Source: the human T2T-CHM13v2.0 reference genome, Homo sapiens
DNA length: 64,000 bases
Assembly (NCBI RefSeq): GCF_009914755.1
Contig: NC_060930.1
Direction: 5' to 3' (one strand)
Below the pieces are notes generated by a model that did not search any database, was not told the origin of the DNA, and saw only the letters and a list, made by a program, of their open reading frames with translations. The translations under genes were made by a program, and so were the position numbers. Shown here in pieces: positions 12,262-27,372 of the stretch. Numbering within the stretch: the first letter of the stretch is position 1; every line of letters starts with the position of its first letter.

Positions 12262-14266
12262 GTTGTAATCATCAAAATATGGCCTGATTTCCCAATGATC
12301 TGTCTCGCAGAAAATCCTGCTTTATGACAGATTGAGTTTTTTGCCTCTAAGCCCCTGTTTACTAGATTTCTGTGGACCTTGCTTTTCAAGACAGTTCTAT
12401 CTTTAGATATTTTTTCTCTTGCGGTAATCTGAATCCGTGACCCTTTGGTCTCAACATTCTTTCTCCCCTTTCTCCAGCATTTCTCAGTTTGCTTACTTCT
12501 TCAGAGTGTTCTCTTACTTTAAGGCATGTTCTTCTGGATATGTCTTAGAGTTTCAAGTGGAATTTCATGGATATTAGGGTCCGTTGGTGGTTTATTGTGT
12601 TCTCACCTGTGCCAACCATACAGATCTAAATGCTGAGATAATCCTGCTGGTTGTCTGTATTTGGGCCACAACTACAGATGCAGAAATTTTTTTTCTCGGT
12701 CACTTTGTATGTGTATTTATTGGTGTATGAAAATGTGGATATATTATAAATACTATGCTTTCATTTTTGATTGTTCTCTGCTAGAATATAGACTATATGT
12801 GGACAGATATTCTGTTTAGATTCACTGTTGTGTCCCCAGACCTTCAGAGGAATGTCTGTTTCGCAAAAGTTTGTTTAATTAATGAATCAGTAAATCAATG
12901 AATGGATATTAAAATTGTGTAAATTCAATTTACCATGTGGGAAATCGATTAGATTAGATTACAAAACAAAAGGGAATTTCAGGATTGCTGTTTGTGGTTT
13001 TTGTGTGTAATAACCAAGTAAATGCAGCAGATAGTATTTTATCCCCATTTCCTCCCTAACTCAGACAGCTTTGAGTTCACTCCCATTTATGTGTGAGGCA
13101 CAGAGAGAGCCTGAGTTTTGATTGAAGCCATTTTAAAAGAAACGTGAACATTTTTATCAGATAGGAGAATGAATGTTTTATACTCATTCCTCAAGGGATT
13201 ACTGATGTATATTAAACATATTTACAAACTCTCCTTAAAATCTCTCTCTCTCCTGCTCATTCTCTTGCTCTCTTTCTAATATGTCACTACTATCATCTTC
13301 TACTTGTGCAATTGGTTTAGTCAATCCAGTTTTATTATGGTAGCTACAGTACTATCTTTTGTAAAAACTTCAGGAAGTCCGATTCTGACATCCAGCTTTT
13401 CCAACATCTCAATAAAATTAAGCTGGTTGCAAAAAACATGGAACATTTCTTGATAAATTCAAGGATGAAGACAAAGCAGTCATCTCTAGAAGAGTCTTTT
13501 CAGACTAGCATCTGTGCTTTAATCCTTAGTCTTTGATCATATTATCTTTGAAACAGTAAGCAATTAATTTGGCCACTTCCCTTTTAAGAGACGAAGGAGA
13601 AAAGGAGAAATCAGCAAAGGTGACTGAATAGGAGCAGCTGGTGAGACAGAAGACAATCTAAGAGCTAAGTGAAATCAGTTGATCCAGGAGGAGAGAGTGC
13701 AGTTAAGCAAGAATAAGAACAACAAATGATCCAGGATTTATAGCTACATATAAGGCCTTGGTATCCTGGATGAGTAGTTTTGCTAAAGTGGTGAGAATGA
13801 AAGTCAAGCTGACAAGAGCAAAGTAACCAACAGATTTGGCCATACTATTTGGAGCTTCATCATCAAGTACAGCTCAGATATATTTTGTCAAGGATAGCAT
13901 ACATGTGGGGAACTAGTAATTTCTTGAGCACAGTTACTTTGCAAGAGACATTGGGCTTATTAATAACTCATAAATTGTATTTGAAATCATTTAAACAGAA
14001 TACCTTTGGGGAAAAAAAAGTATGTTTTGACTATTTTTTCTACAAATGTTTTTATTTTGCCATACTGTGTTAAAATCTCATGATTTTGTCGCTATGTTTT
14101 GTGTACTGATAAGCTGTTGAGACCATACACTAATTTTCATCTTCAATCATTTTGCCTATGAATGTGTGGGCGTAAGGACAGGGTAAAGGAATTTCATTTT
14201 TTTCTTTCTGGGAACATAAGCCTTTACCAGTGGAACTTATTTGTTTGGGGTTTTGCTTTGGAACAG

Positions 14267-14452
14267 GACTCCTTAGATGAAGCCCGACAGAAAATTTTCG
14301 ACATCCGGGAAGAGTACAGAAACAAATTGCTGGAAGCTGAGCGCCTAAAGCTGGAAACTCTGGCTGCTCAGGAAGCAGCCATGAAGCTGGAGACAGAAAA
14401 GATGACCCCAGCTCCTGACACACAGAAAAAAAAGAAAGGAAAGAAAAAGTAA
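14267..14452 (+). CDS. ADGB: Androglobin terminal coding exon, distal copy
   Basis: Same acceptor, phase 0. Reads ...LLEAERLKLETLAAQEAAMKLETEKMTPAPDTQKKKKGKKK then TAA. Better branch-point match (CTTAT, A at 14239). Confidence 0.82.
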   Translation, partial: DSLDEARQKIFDIREEYRNKLLEAERLKLETLAAQEAAMKLETEKMTPAPDTQKKKKGKKK

Positions 14453-14649
14453 CCAGGGGATGTCCAATACTACCCTGCTTCTGGAGAGAAAAAATCTATT
14501 TGTAATGATCTTTAACTGCCTGCTGTTAAGATATTAGGCCAAATGAAAATAGAAATTTCTCTTTCTTAGAAATATTTTAATGCTAACTTGTTAGTTTTCC
14601 TCAGAAAGCTAGTATTTGAAGCCATTTGAGTTTAAGATGCTCTAATTTC

Positions 14650-14678
14650 AATAAAATAGCTTCCAAATATTTAATAAA
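14650..14678 (+). terminator. Polyadenylation signals of the distal terminal exon
   Basis: AATAAA at 14650-14655 and 14673-14678. Confidence 0.65.
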
Positions 14679-14861
14679 ATATGTTTGACACTCTAAACTG
14701 CCTGCATTTTTAATTAGAAGTGAAACAAGTTCATAAATTAAGCAACATGATTATCTTTGAAAATTTCAGCAATGAGAAAAGTGGCTTTTGTTCTTAGAAG
14801 AAATTTAGTCTTAAACTTTAAAGGTTTAAAAATACTAATAACTATGCTTCAGAATTATGCC

Positions 14862-15810
14862 TTTTTTTTTTTTTTTTTTTTTAAGACTGAGTCTCACTCT
14901 GTTGCCCAACTGCAGTGCAGTGGTATAATCTCAGCTCACTGCAACCTCCACCTCCTGGACTCAAGCCATCCTCCTAATTTTTTTCTTTGGAGATGGAGTT
15001 TCACTTTTGTTATTGGGGTGATCATACCCAACACCAGGTCGTGGGGGTGACAAAGTCCAGCGGAGTCAAAGGATTGAGAAAAAGACAGTTTGAGAGAGAA
15101 AGCTGGGACCAAGTGGCCATTGCGATCGTGGAGGCCGCGAAGGCCTCGAGCTGTGGGAGCCCACGCTATTTATTGGTAATCAACAAAGAAACAGGTGGTG
15201 AGAATGTGGAGGTCAAAAGGGCAGGCGCATCATCTACAGCTGTGACGGTTTAGCATTTATGTGGAACATGTTCTGCTACTTGAGATAATGGGAATAGGAG
15301 CCTAGGAGGGCTAGAAGCAAGGAGCCAGCAAGTCTAGACACATTCCAGAGGACATTATGTCAGACATGCAAGCCCTGCCTCAGTTTTTGTCCCAACACTC
15401 AGCTTTTTCCTAACACTTGTTGCCTAGGCGGGAGTGCAATGGCGCAATCTCAGCTCACTGCAACCTCCACCTCCTGAGTTCAAGTGATTCTCTTGCCTCA
15501 GACTCCTGAGTAGCTGGGATTAGGGGTGTGGCTACCACGCCTGGCTAATTTTGTATTTTTAGTAGAGACGGGGGTTTCACTAGGTCGACCAGGCTGGTAT
15601 TGAACGCCTGACCTCAGGTGATCCACCCACCTCGGCCTCCTAAAATGCTGGGATTACAGGCTGGAGCCATGGCACCCAGCCAATTTCTGTAGAGACAGGG
15701 TTTCGCCATGTTTCCCAGGTTGTTCTCAAACTCCTGAGTTCAAGAGATCCATCCATGTCAGCTTGCTTCCCAAAATGCTGGAATTACAGGCATAAACCAC
15801 CATGCCTAGC
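14862..15810 (-). mobile_element. Chimeric Alu plus nested Alu cluster (copy 2)
   Basis: Starts like the Alu at 7219 and continues like the Alu at 7930, followed by the same nest as copy 1. Confidence 0.8.
15011..15415 (-). mobile_element. Solo LTR, LTR3-like (duplicate of 8062-8467)
   Basis: Nearly identical to 8062-8467. TSD tttgt/cttgt. Confidence 0.75.
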
Positions 15811-15824
15811 TTAAAAATATTTAA

Positions 15825-17160
15825 TACTCCCATATATGGTCGACTAATTTTGGACAAGGATGCCAAAAATACACATGATGAAAGAAAATCGTTTCAAAAA
15901 TGATGTTGGAAAAACTAAATATCCACATGCAAAAGAATAAAATAGGAACATTGCCCTATGCTGTATAAAAAAATTAAATAGATTAAAGATTTAAATGTAA
16001 CATTGGAACTCATAAAACTCTTAGAAGATTGCCTACAAAAAAATCTCCTTGACATTGGTCTTGGCAATTTCTTTTGGAGATGACACCAAAAGCACAGGCA
16101 ACAAAAGCAAACATAAACAAGTAGGACTACATAAAAATAAAAAGCTACTGCGCGACAAAGGAAACAACAAAATGAAAAGACAATCTATAGAATGGGAAAA
16201 AATACTTGTAAACTGTATATCTGATAAGGGGCTAATATTTAAAATATATTAAACTCATGTAACTCAATAGCAAAAAAAGCAAATAACCTGGTTTTAAAAA
16301 TGGGCAAAGGACTTGAATAAACACCTATCCAAAGAAGACACAGGAATGACCAACAGGTATATGCAAAGGTACTCAGCATCATTAACCATTAGAGAAATGC
16401 AAATCAAAACAACAATGAGGTATCACCTCACACCTGTTAAGATGGCTTTTATAAAGACAAGAGATAAGTGTTGGGGAGGGTGTGGAGAAAGGGAACCCTG
16501 TACACACTGTGGTGAGAATGTAAATTGCAATAGCCATTACAGAAAACAGTATGGAAGTTTCTCAAAAAATTAAAACTAGAGCTACCATATGATCTAGCAA
16601 TCCCACTCCTGGGTATATATTAAAGGAAACGAAATCAGTATGTCTATGAGAGGTCTGCAACCCTCTGTTCATGGCAGCATTATTTACAATAGTGATATGG
16701 AAACAGCCTAAGTGTCCATCAATTGATGAATGAATAATGAAAATGTGGTATATATATATATAATGGAATATAATTGAACCATAAAATAGAAGGAAATCCT
16801 GCCATTTGCAACAACATAGATGAACCTGTAGGGCATTATGCTAAGTGAAATATGCCAGAAACTGAAAGAAAAATAATGCATAATCTCACTCACATGTGGA
16901 ATTGTGAAAGTTGAACTCATAGAAGCAAAGTGTAGGACAGTGGTTACCAGAGACTTAGGGGTGAGAGAAATGGGGAGATGTTGGTCAAAGAGTACAAACA
17001 TTTAGTTATAAGCTGACAAATTGTGTATCTCAGGCACAGAACGGATGGTGCCATCAGAATCAATAGTAGTAATTAAATTGAATATATTAATCATTATTCA
17101 GTGTATACATATATCAAACCATCATGTGGTATACTTTGAAAATATACAATGTTTATTTTT
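15825..17160 (+). mobile_element. Old L1 3' fragment (duplicate of 8890-10230)
   Basis: L1 ORF2 C-terminal peptide IREMQIKTTMRYHLTPVKMA. Confidence 0.88.
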
Positions 17161-17675
17161 CAAAAAATTTTTTAAGTTTACATGAAAAAGTTAATATTTT
17201 ATACACCTCCCCAGTTGTATATGTAATGTTACTTAATAAATGCAAATGTGCATTTTTACATTATTCTTTGCCTACTCTTAGCTTCACAACCTTATGACCC
17301 CAGCTCCCAAAGTACATACATAGAAACAACCTATTTTGAATGTTTCCATATTTTTCATTCATCTCATATGCTCACACCTCAATATTTTATATTATATCCT
17401 GGTTTGTTTTACAAAATGGCATTCTTTAAAGCATAATACAATGTGTCTTGCTTTTTCTCACCAAACAACACAGAATCTCTTGAAGTCACTGTTAATTCTT
17501 TTTAATTGTTATGAAATATTCCATGGTACAAATATACCATAATTTATTCATAAATTTATGAATTTTATATATACATATATGTGTCTGTGTGTATATATAT
17601 ATTCAGGTAGTGTGTGTATATATATATTCAGGATATTCAAGTACTAACATTAATATTATATATTCTTTAAGTTAG

Positions 17676-18123
<448 letters not shown>

Positions 18124-18372
18124 TGCTGTGTTTTTTAAACTATTACTCTTTAAGCTTTTTCTATTTCTGATTTTTGCTATTTTTCCAAAGCTCTGATAGT
18201 TTTTTTGTAGCTTGTTTTGAATCATTATGTTACATTTTTCTTCTGATCAAAGCATACTTCTCTGGGATGTTTTCATTTTCTATTATTTGTTTCATTTTAT
18301 CTCATCTTTAATAACAGATTTTTCCCCATTATTTAAGAGATTGAGTTTTATAAACTATTAGAAGCAGGTTCC

Positions 18373-19164
18373 TATAAATGACAAAGAATCTAAAGGAACT
18401 CTCCCAGCTTTATGGATGGAGGACGCCCCACAATGAGAGACTGAGGCAAGAGTTTCATCAATGTCTCGAGATTTGTTAAGCTTGAGGGGGTGCCCAAAAA
18501 AAATACATAAAACACGAGTCACAGAAACATCTGTGCTTGTGTTCTCTGAAGGGGTTTTCAGGAAGTTCAATGTTTATACATTTCTTTAAAGGGGGGAAGG
18601 CATGTAGGAAGAGGCAGGTACGTGGTGAGGCAAATGGTTACATTTTTGTGAGATTTTAATCAGTGCCCATGAAATGCACATTTTATATCAGATAAGGTGA
18701 ACATTCCAAGAACAAGGGAGTAAAGGAAGAATCAACCATGCAGACATCTCAGGTTAGGTGGAGGAATGATTGATCCCTTCTTGTATGTTCTGCACCTGGG
18801 AAGACAAACTTGTTATCGACATTGTCAGTGTGAATTCTAACAGACTTTAGTTTTCGGTGCTAGACTTGGATTGCAGATCTAAAGTTGTAATTGACATGCC
18901 CTTGTTTTATGGGAACGTACACATTTTTGAAAGGTTTCCAGGCCAGCAAAGAACTCACCTAGGAACAGCTTGGACAGTGAAGCTTTTTGCCTTTCTGTGG
19001 GGTCTGACAAATGTACAATGCTTTGACACAAGGTTGTGAAGAACAAGCTATTCATTTGGGAAAAGAATGGCCGTGTTGCATGACTCAGCCTCCAGGCTCT
19101 CCAGGCTTATCTTTCCCTTTGGCGTAATGAGTTTGGGGGATCTGAGATTTTTATTTTCCTTTAG
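18373..19164 (-). mobile_element. ERV1 MER4-group solo LTR (duplicate of 11467-12261)
   Basis: Direct paralog of the copy 1 element. Confidence 0.6.
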
Positions 19165-19588
19165 AGTTGTAATCATCAAAATATGGCCTGATTTCCCATT
19201 TCTCTGTCTGTCAGAGAAAATTCTGCTTTATGACAGATTTTGAGTTTTTTGCCTCTAAGCCTCTGTTTCCTAGATTTCTGTGGACCTTGGTTTTCAAGAC
19301 AGAGTTCTATCTTTAGATATTTTTTCTCATGCAGTAATCTGAATCCGTGACCCTTTGGTCTCAGCATTCTTTCTCCCCTTTCGCCAGCATTTTTCTCAGT
19401 TTGCTTACTTCTTCAAACGGTGTTCTCCTACTTTAAGGCAAGTTCTTCTGGATATTTCTTAGAGTTTCAAGTGGAATTTCATGGATATTAGGGTCCGTTG
19501 GTGGTTTTTGTGTTTTCACCTGTGCCAACCATACAGGTCTAAATGCTCAGATAATCCTGCTGATTGTCTTTATTTGGGCCACAACTAC

Positions 19589-20190
19589 AGAGGCAGGATT
19601 TTCTTTTTCTCGGTCGCTTTGCAAGCCAGGGACCCCCAGCCAGTGATGCCCTACCTGGGCCGCTCTCGGGGATGATACTGTGCCCCAGCTCACCTGTGTT
19701 ATAGCTTGTACTTGTGTTCTGTGGTTCCCAAGATCTTCTACTGCGCCCAAGAAGAATGAAGATGCACTGTACATTGAAGTGTGAGGAGGGTGGAAAAGAA
19801 TTTTATTGAACGATGAAACAGGTTTTAGCGGAGAGGGGATATAGGGGTGGTTCCCCTATCTGAGGGCAGGAAAATCCCTCCCCTGTTGCTGGCTCTGGGG
19901 CCTCTTATGGACTCAGAATGGAGAGTGTGTGCTGATTGGTTTGTGAGTATGCAAAAAAGATTAAAGCGAAGACATCACTCAAATGTGGGCATGACAGTGT
20001 AGAAAACCAATTAGGAAAGGGTAGGTATATGTAAAATAGGTGAAGGGTGGGGATCAATCAGAGGAAAGCATGGAGGATTTAACCTGTAGCTTGGCTTTCA
20101 GGCTTTAAACTGTCTTTGGCTTCGAGGTGGGGTTTCACCAGGGGCCCGCCCCTATCTGCCTAGGCATTTGGCTGCCTCCTGCCACTCTCA
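19589..20190 (-). mobile_element. ERV1 solo LTR (LTR27/LTR28/MER61-like group)
   Basis: Minus strand starts TGAGAGTGGCAGGAGGCAGCCAAATGCCTAGGCAGATAGGGGCGGG. Flanks ctac/atac resemble a 4-bp TSD. Confidence 0.7.
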
Positions 20191-20836
20191 ATACCACTCT
20201 TGTTTATGGGAATTTCTTGTCATCTAATTTTGCTAGCAATTTATCTGAGTTTTGTTTTTTGTGGGGGGTGTGTGTGTACTTGCTTTGCCATCACAATTGT
20301 ATTTATAGTTTTCAGGAGTAGTTTTGGGGAAAAGCAAAAATATGACACATCATTATCCTGCCACTAGAAGTGTGTTACTTATTTATAATTTTATTTGCTT
20401 ATAATCAGACTACACGGTCCCTAGAATTTTTACTTCTAAAAAATTTATTAAGACTTTCTATGTAACTAAGTAGAGGTTTAAATGACATAAATGTGTAGGA
20501 TGATCGTAAACTTTGCATATATATATGCAATAAGAATTGCTTGAAAAGAATGCAAATTTTAATTTTAGAAAAGCCTCATTTCCAAAATTTAACCGTGTAT
20601 GTAGTTTTATGGAAAATTATATACAATGTTTTTCAAGTTTATTTTAGTCAAATATATTCATTATTTACTCTCTTTTTTTTAGTTTTAATCCACTTCATTT
20701 GTCTAGTTCTGAGAGGTATGTTGCAGAATTCAACAATACTTTTTCTTATTTTTTTGTTTTTGAATAATCTTTATCCTTTCAACTGTGCTATCATTTAAAA
20801 ATATATTAAGCTAAAAGTAATAAAAAGGTCAGTTAC

Positions 20837-21105
<269 letters not shown>

Positions 21106-21612
21106 TCAATTAAATAGAAGGATATTTATCTAACTTAATAAAAAGTTAGCATCTCAAAATCTAGAGCAAATATCTCTGTGGTAATATTGCCTTTCCTTCA
21201 TCATCACAAAATGACTTGCAGCTCCAGCAGAGACATGTACAAGAATATTCATGGCAGCACAATTTATAATAGTCCAAAATTGGGGAAAACTCAAATTTCC
21301 ATTCATTGTACAATGAGCACATCAACAAATCATGGTGTTTTTATATGACTAAATACTATGCAATAATCAGAATAAAGGAATCTCTGCTATTCTCCATACC
21401 ATGGATGATTTTAATAAATATTTTATGCATTTAGATTTCAACACCTAGGAAAGCTGATCTGTGGTGTTAAAAGTCATAATAATGGTTAAATTTAAGGAGT
21501 AAATGGTATCAGGAATTGTCATTACAGGCCATTCTAGATGCTGATAATAATCTCAATACTGATATGAATGACTGTAACACAGGTAGTTTACTTTGTAAAA
21601 AAAAAAAAAAAA

Positions 21613-21915
<303 letters not shown>

Positions 21916-22560
21916 TAAATATTTATGGATCAGTAAACTTAAAATTTATTTACATATCTGTGTTTATGTATCTTTCAATAAAAAGTTTACATGATAAAAT
22001 GATCAATGGAAAAGTTAAAACAAAGTATTACTGGATTTAATAACTCAATAATTAAGTTTAATAGCAGATTGTAGTAGTTGAGGAGACAATTATGAAGCTG
22101 TAAAGTCATCAAAAAGTAGTTAACTGACAAAACACATCAATCTATATGTTAAACATAAGATTAAATTTAAATGTTAATGGAATAATATTCTAATTAAAAA
22201 CTTAATATTTAATTAACTAACATTTAATTAGAGACACAGGATTGAGAGATGAGTGCAGGTTGGGGAGTACTTCGTAGTGGGAGAGTGAAGCTCAGAGAGA
22301 TCTTGTGGCTTCTTCAGTTCAGTATGTTAAGGTGCCATATTATGGGGTATCATTTTCTGACCCCCAACAATGCAATGATTTTATTTCTGAAATATTCAAT
22401 GAACATTAAAATTGTACAAAAAAAATACTTTGACTTTATATGTCTCACAGAATTAGATTCTTTGATTACTAACTTGCTTTTCAACTATACGAATGGTGGG
22501 CCATTCAAATCAAATAGAAGGTAAAACAATTCTCTGTTCCATGTGACTCAAAATGCATTT

Positions 22561-22741
22561 TGAAGACAGTTTTAACACCCCTGTGATTTCATCCCTGACC
22601 AAATCAATCAGCAGTTCCCATTCCTTAGCCCCCCAAACACCAAATCATCCTTAAAAACCCTAACCTCCAAATTCATGGGGAGGCAGATTTGAGAGATATT
22701 GCCCATCCTCCCCACTCAGCGGCCCTGCAATTATTAAAATT
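22561..22741 (+). repeat. Inverted copy of the LTR segment at 23747-23924
   Basis: Reverse-complement match over ~180 bp, with 79 bp (22663-22741 vs 23747-23825) identical. Confidence 0.9.
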
Positions 22742-23663
22742 CAAAATGACAGGATGTCTAATAGTCTTGGTCTTCAACTACTAAATAGCAGTTCTCTCTT
22801 ATTATTGGGACAACCACAAATGTCCCCATGTATTTCCTAAATATTCCCTAGAAGAGGCACTGTCTCCATGGAGAACATTATTCCCATGTAGAAGAATAGT
22901 AGAGTGCTGAGAAGCTGAGATAGTAATGTCTATGGATCACAGTTAATAAATGACTATTGGAATACATTGCCAATATACACATGTGCAATCATATTGAGTA
23001 AACCAGGGTATGTCTATAAAGCATGTACAGTTCCTACAATCCATAGGCCATTGTCTTTGGCAAAATATCTGGCCCCCCATTCAGTTTCTTTCTCTTTAGC
23101 CTCCTACAACCTACCTCTTTTCAGCCCTTCAAGTACTTCAAGATCAAGCTGTCCCTTCTCTGGGCTGGTATAAGGGCAGAGAAAACAGTGTTCTTGTTCT
23201 GAAGACATAGGCTTGCCTTTGAGATGATAGAAATAATCCCTGAGGCACAATTCTGGTGATAATGAAGCACCATTATATGGAGTAATTTAACTCCTCATCG
23301 CATCCAACAACTCCACTAAAAAATAGATTGTAGCTTCCCCTTTTCCACAATCAAAGTGCCCACTAAAGTGTTTTTGGAAATGTAACTGTCTTCATTTAAA
23401 TGAATCTAAAAACGGCTGATAGCTTTAATAAACTTTTAACTGGCTTCTAGACATCAAGTTTTCAAACAAAACATTGAATTCTAGTCCTAGAGCCTCTCAT
23501 TATATTTAGTTTGTTTGCACACAAAAAAATATGTGTGTAAACTCTGATCTGTTAACTGACATTTATCTTGTATTTCTGTCTTATTCAAAACAAACTCTTG
23601 CATTCATTTCCCCTTGAAAAACAGGGAAATAAAGAGAGAATTGGCAAAGAGAAACAAAATCCA

Positions 23664-24444
23664 TGTTATGGCCCAGTGAGGTTCTTCTTGCCCACTGCAT
23701 GGAAAACACCAATACACTGAGACAGTAGATGTTGCAGCAAAGAAATAATTTTAATAATTGCAGGGCCGCTGAGTGGGGAGGATGGGCAATATCTCTCAAA
23801 TCTGCCTCCCCATGAATTTGGAGGTGAGGGTTTTTTAGGATGATTTGGTGTGTGTGGGGTGCTAAGGAATGGGAACTGCGATTTGGTCAGGGATGAAATC
23901 ACAGGAGTGTCAAAACTGTCTTCATGTCCTGAGTGACTTCATGGGTGGGAGTCACAGAACCAGTTGAATCAGTTCTTTGGCATGGGTCATGGGTCTGGGT
24001 GGCATCAGTTGGTCTACCAGAATGCAAAGTCTGAAAAATATTTGAAAGACCAGTCTCAAGTTTCACAAGTTACCTGTAAGAGCAATTGGTGAAGTTATAA
24101 AATTTGTGAGCATTGGGTACAAGAATCCTGAGCAGTAAGCAATTATAAAAAAGCAAGCTAGGAAACAATGACCAGCTATTGTTTAACTATGCCTATATCT
24201 TAGCACAGTTCAAGCCCCCAACATAATTGTAACCTGTGGTCTTTCATTAGTCTGATATAGTCACTTTCAGTCCCCAAACAAGGAGGCGGGTAGTTTTGGG
24301 ACAGGAATTATGCTGAATTCCTCCCATAGTTGGCTTGGCCTACATACAGGAATGAGAAAAGGCAGGTAGCTTGAGGTTAGAAGCAAGGTGGAGTCAGTTG
24401 TGTTAGACTTCTCTTACTGTTATAATTTTGCAAAGACAGTTTCA
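23664..24444 (-). mobile_element. ERV1 MER4-group solo LTR (LTR8/MER50-like)
   Basis: TGTTA...TTTCA termini. Minus strand starts TGAAACTGTCTTTGCAAAATTATAAC. Confidence 0.75.
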
Positions 24445-25984
24445 CACGCGTCTTGCCACCTCCATCCCCTGGCTTGGGCCCTGCCCTGGGTGGGTTTATT
24501 TATACCAGATTAATAAAAGCTTTCAGTAACCTTTATAGAATATCTCTGAAAGTAACATTATGAAGAAACTTTGTTTCAAATTGTCATAAAGTATTTTGTC
24601 TAATCAATTATAAAACAGATTTTAGTCATTTTAATTTACATAAAACAGTTTCCAACCACAGATGTGTTTTTATGGAATAGCTTCATTACCTATTGAATGT
24701 GCTTAGAACTTTAAGCTAAACATCCTTGTTTTTTACTTTTTTGGTCAGGCACAGATGGCAGCATTACCACATGTATGATTTATTTTTGAAGTGAACTTAT
24801 ATAACAAACAACCCTACTATGCATATGTATATTTTCATAACTTTAAACAATTCTAAATTCAAATAAACCAAGCATTTTTAATTTATTTTGCTAATTATGA
24901 AAATTCACTTATCTAATCTGTAAATACCTTTTCCATCTGGTATATAACATAATGATACTCTTTACTGTCACTGTTAATCAAGCTGTTGATTTCAGAATCA
25001 TCAATTCAGATAGCATCTGGGCATCTTTCATTCCATTGTAGGTGATTGATATATTCAGACAGATACAAAGAAACCTCATAAAAAGCTGTTTGACTTCATG
25101 GAAACACTCTAAATAAATATGTCACATAACAAAGACTAATCAGTTAATATTTAAATGACTAAATAATTTAAGTCATGACTATGGCTCATTGGTGACAACG
25201 GGCTAACTTTGTTAACATCACTATAACATTTTAAAGAGCTTGGAAAAACGTGCTATTTTCACCAGAAAGTTTAAACTTGTGCAAATGTCCAAAACCATAT
25301 TAGATAAAACCTGATCAATAACCATTACCTTAATAATACAAAATGGTTGCTATGAATTTATTCTAAAGGAACTCTGAAATATTTGTATATTTCTCTATGA
25401 ATTTAGCTAATTTTTAGCTCAGTTACTCCTGGCGTAGCCTGTGCCCAAAGTCTGCATGTTTTATAATATGATGTGTGCAAAACAACCTTTGGAAAATAAT
25501 ATTAAAGCTTTTCTAAGAACCATCATTTCTTTAGCATATCATCTAAAGTCATTAAATTATTAATATTAGATACCATGAAAATAGTTCTTAGAATAGTCAA
25601 CTAGAATGTAAAGACTAATTTCCAATTTATGAATCATACAGATTCTTTATGTTTACTTTTCCTTTTTCATTTATCAACATTTAAGTCACCTCATTAGTTA
25701 TTTCTGGTTCCATAAAGACAAAGATGAAGAAAACATGGGAAAATTCAAAGGGCTGAATTTGTAATTTGCAGATATGATACACACTTTCTTGAAAGAAGTT
25801 CACATTCCTAATGAGCTGCTCATAAGTCATTTGCAGATTTCAGTAGCCTTTAGTCTTCAGCACTCTTGGTGCCACAATATTGACTGATAAGTTTTATTTT
25901 TTCAATTGTGTCATTATTGTTTAACTAGATTGTCACACTAAAGACCATTTTTATAATACTTTGTAAAAGATTTCATTTTAATGA

Positions 25985-26330
<346 letters not shown>

Positions 26331-27372
26331 ATTGTTAGGTTATTTTTAATCACGCATAGAACCTAGCCCAAAACCTCACAGAATAGGCTTTTGATAGAAT
26401 ATGGTTGAATATATTAAGTATTTGCATTGTTTTAACTATTAGGCTGCTGTCTAAAAGGGGCTATATCAAAACTTATGATCATTATCAAAAATCCATCATA
26501 TTGGTCTTCAAGTGAAGATATTGAAAAACACAGTTTACAGGACTTTACAAAAAGATTCACTTTCTTAAGAGACTGTGATAATGCCAGATGGCAGATTGTC
26601 AACAATGATATTTTACAATGTTTACAGAAGTCATGGATCATATTCTAGTAGAAACAGCTTTATTTTCCAAATAGGATTCTAATTTATACACCACTAAGGC
26701 AAACAGGGAGTCACTGATCTGGAAGCTCATAGTCATGCCGTTAAAGTGAGATGGTTCCAAATTTATGACACTTTATATTTTTTACCTGTTCCTTTGGCCA
26801 CAATGGTGTCCCTTGTTTTTTACCTGCTTCCCCCACACGTATCTAATATAGAATGTTGGACCTGGGAATAAACAACACTTTCATTCAGAAAGGGGAGGAA
26901 TGGGAGACAGCACTTAGCAGTTCTGAAATCCCTCAGGGTAGACATTGTGAAGGCCTCATCAGGAGGTGGTGACAGGCCTTGATCAGGTCTGATTCCGTAT
27001 TGTAACAGCTCCTCTCCATTCAGTTGGTCTCCATGCCCCCAGGTCCACCTTCTGAGAATGTCTTCTTGCTGTTATACTCACTGGTTACATTGGAAGTGGC
27101 TGTTTGAAAATATGTCCTTGGAGGCTGACCAGTGTTTGCAGCCTGGTTTCTCATAATTCATATAGGTCTGTTGTATGTAGATATAAAGTAATAAGAGGTA
27201 GGAGAATAATTGTGGCCACAATAAAAATATCAAAGACAGTTAAAATAACAGAAAGCAGTGGTTTCCATTGTCACCTTCTCAGAAGCCTGTGACTATTTTA
27301 ACAGACTTTTTTTTGGTTGCCTTCTACTTCACATCCCTTCCACTGTTTTTTTAGTAGCAGAAATGAGATGGA

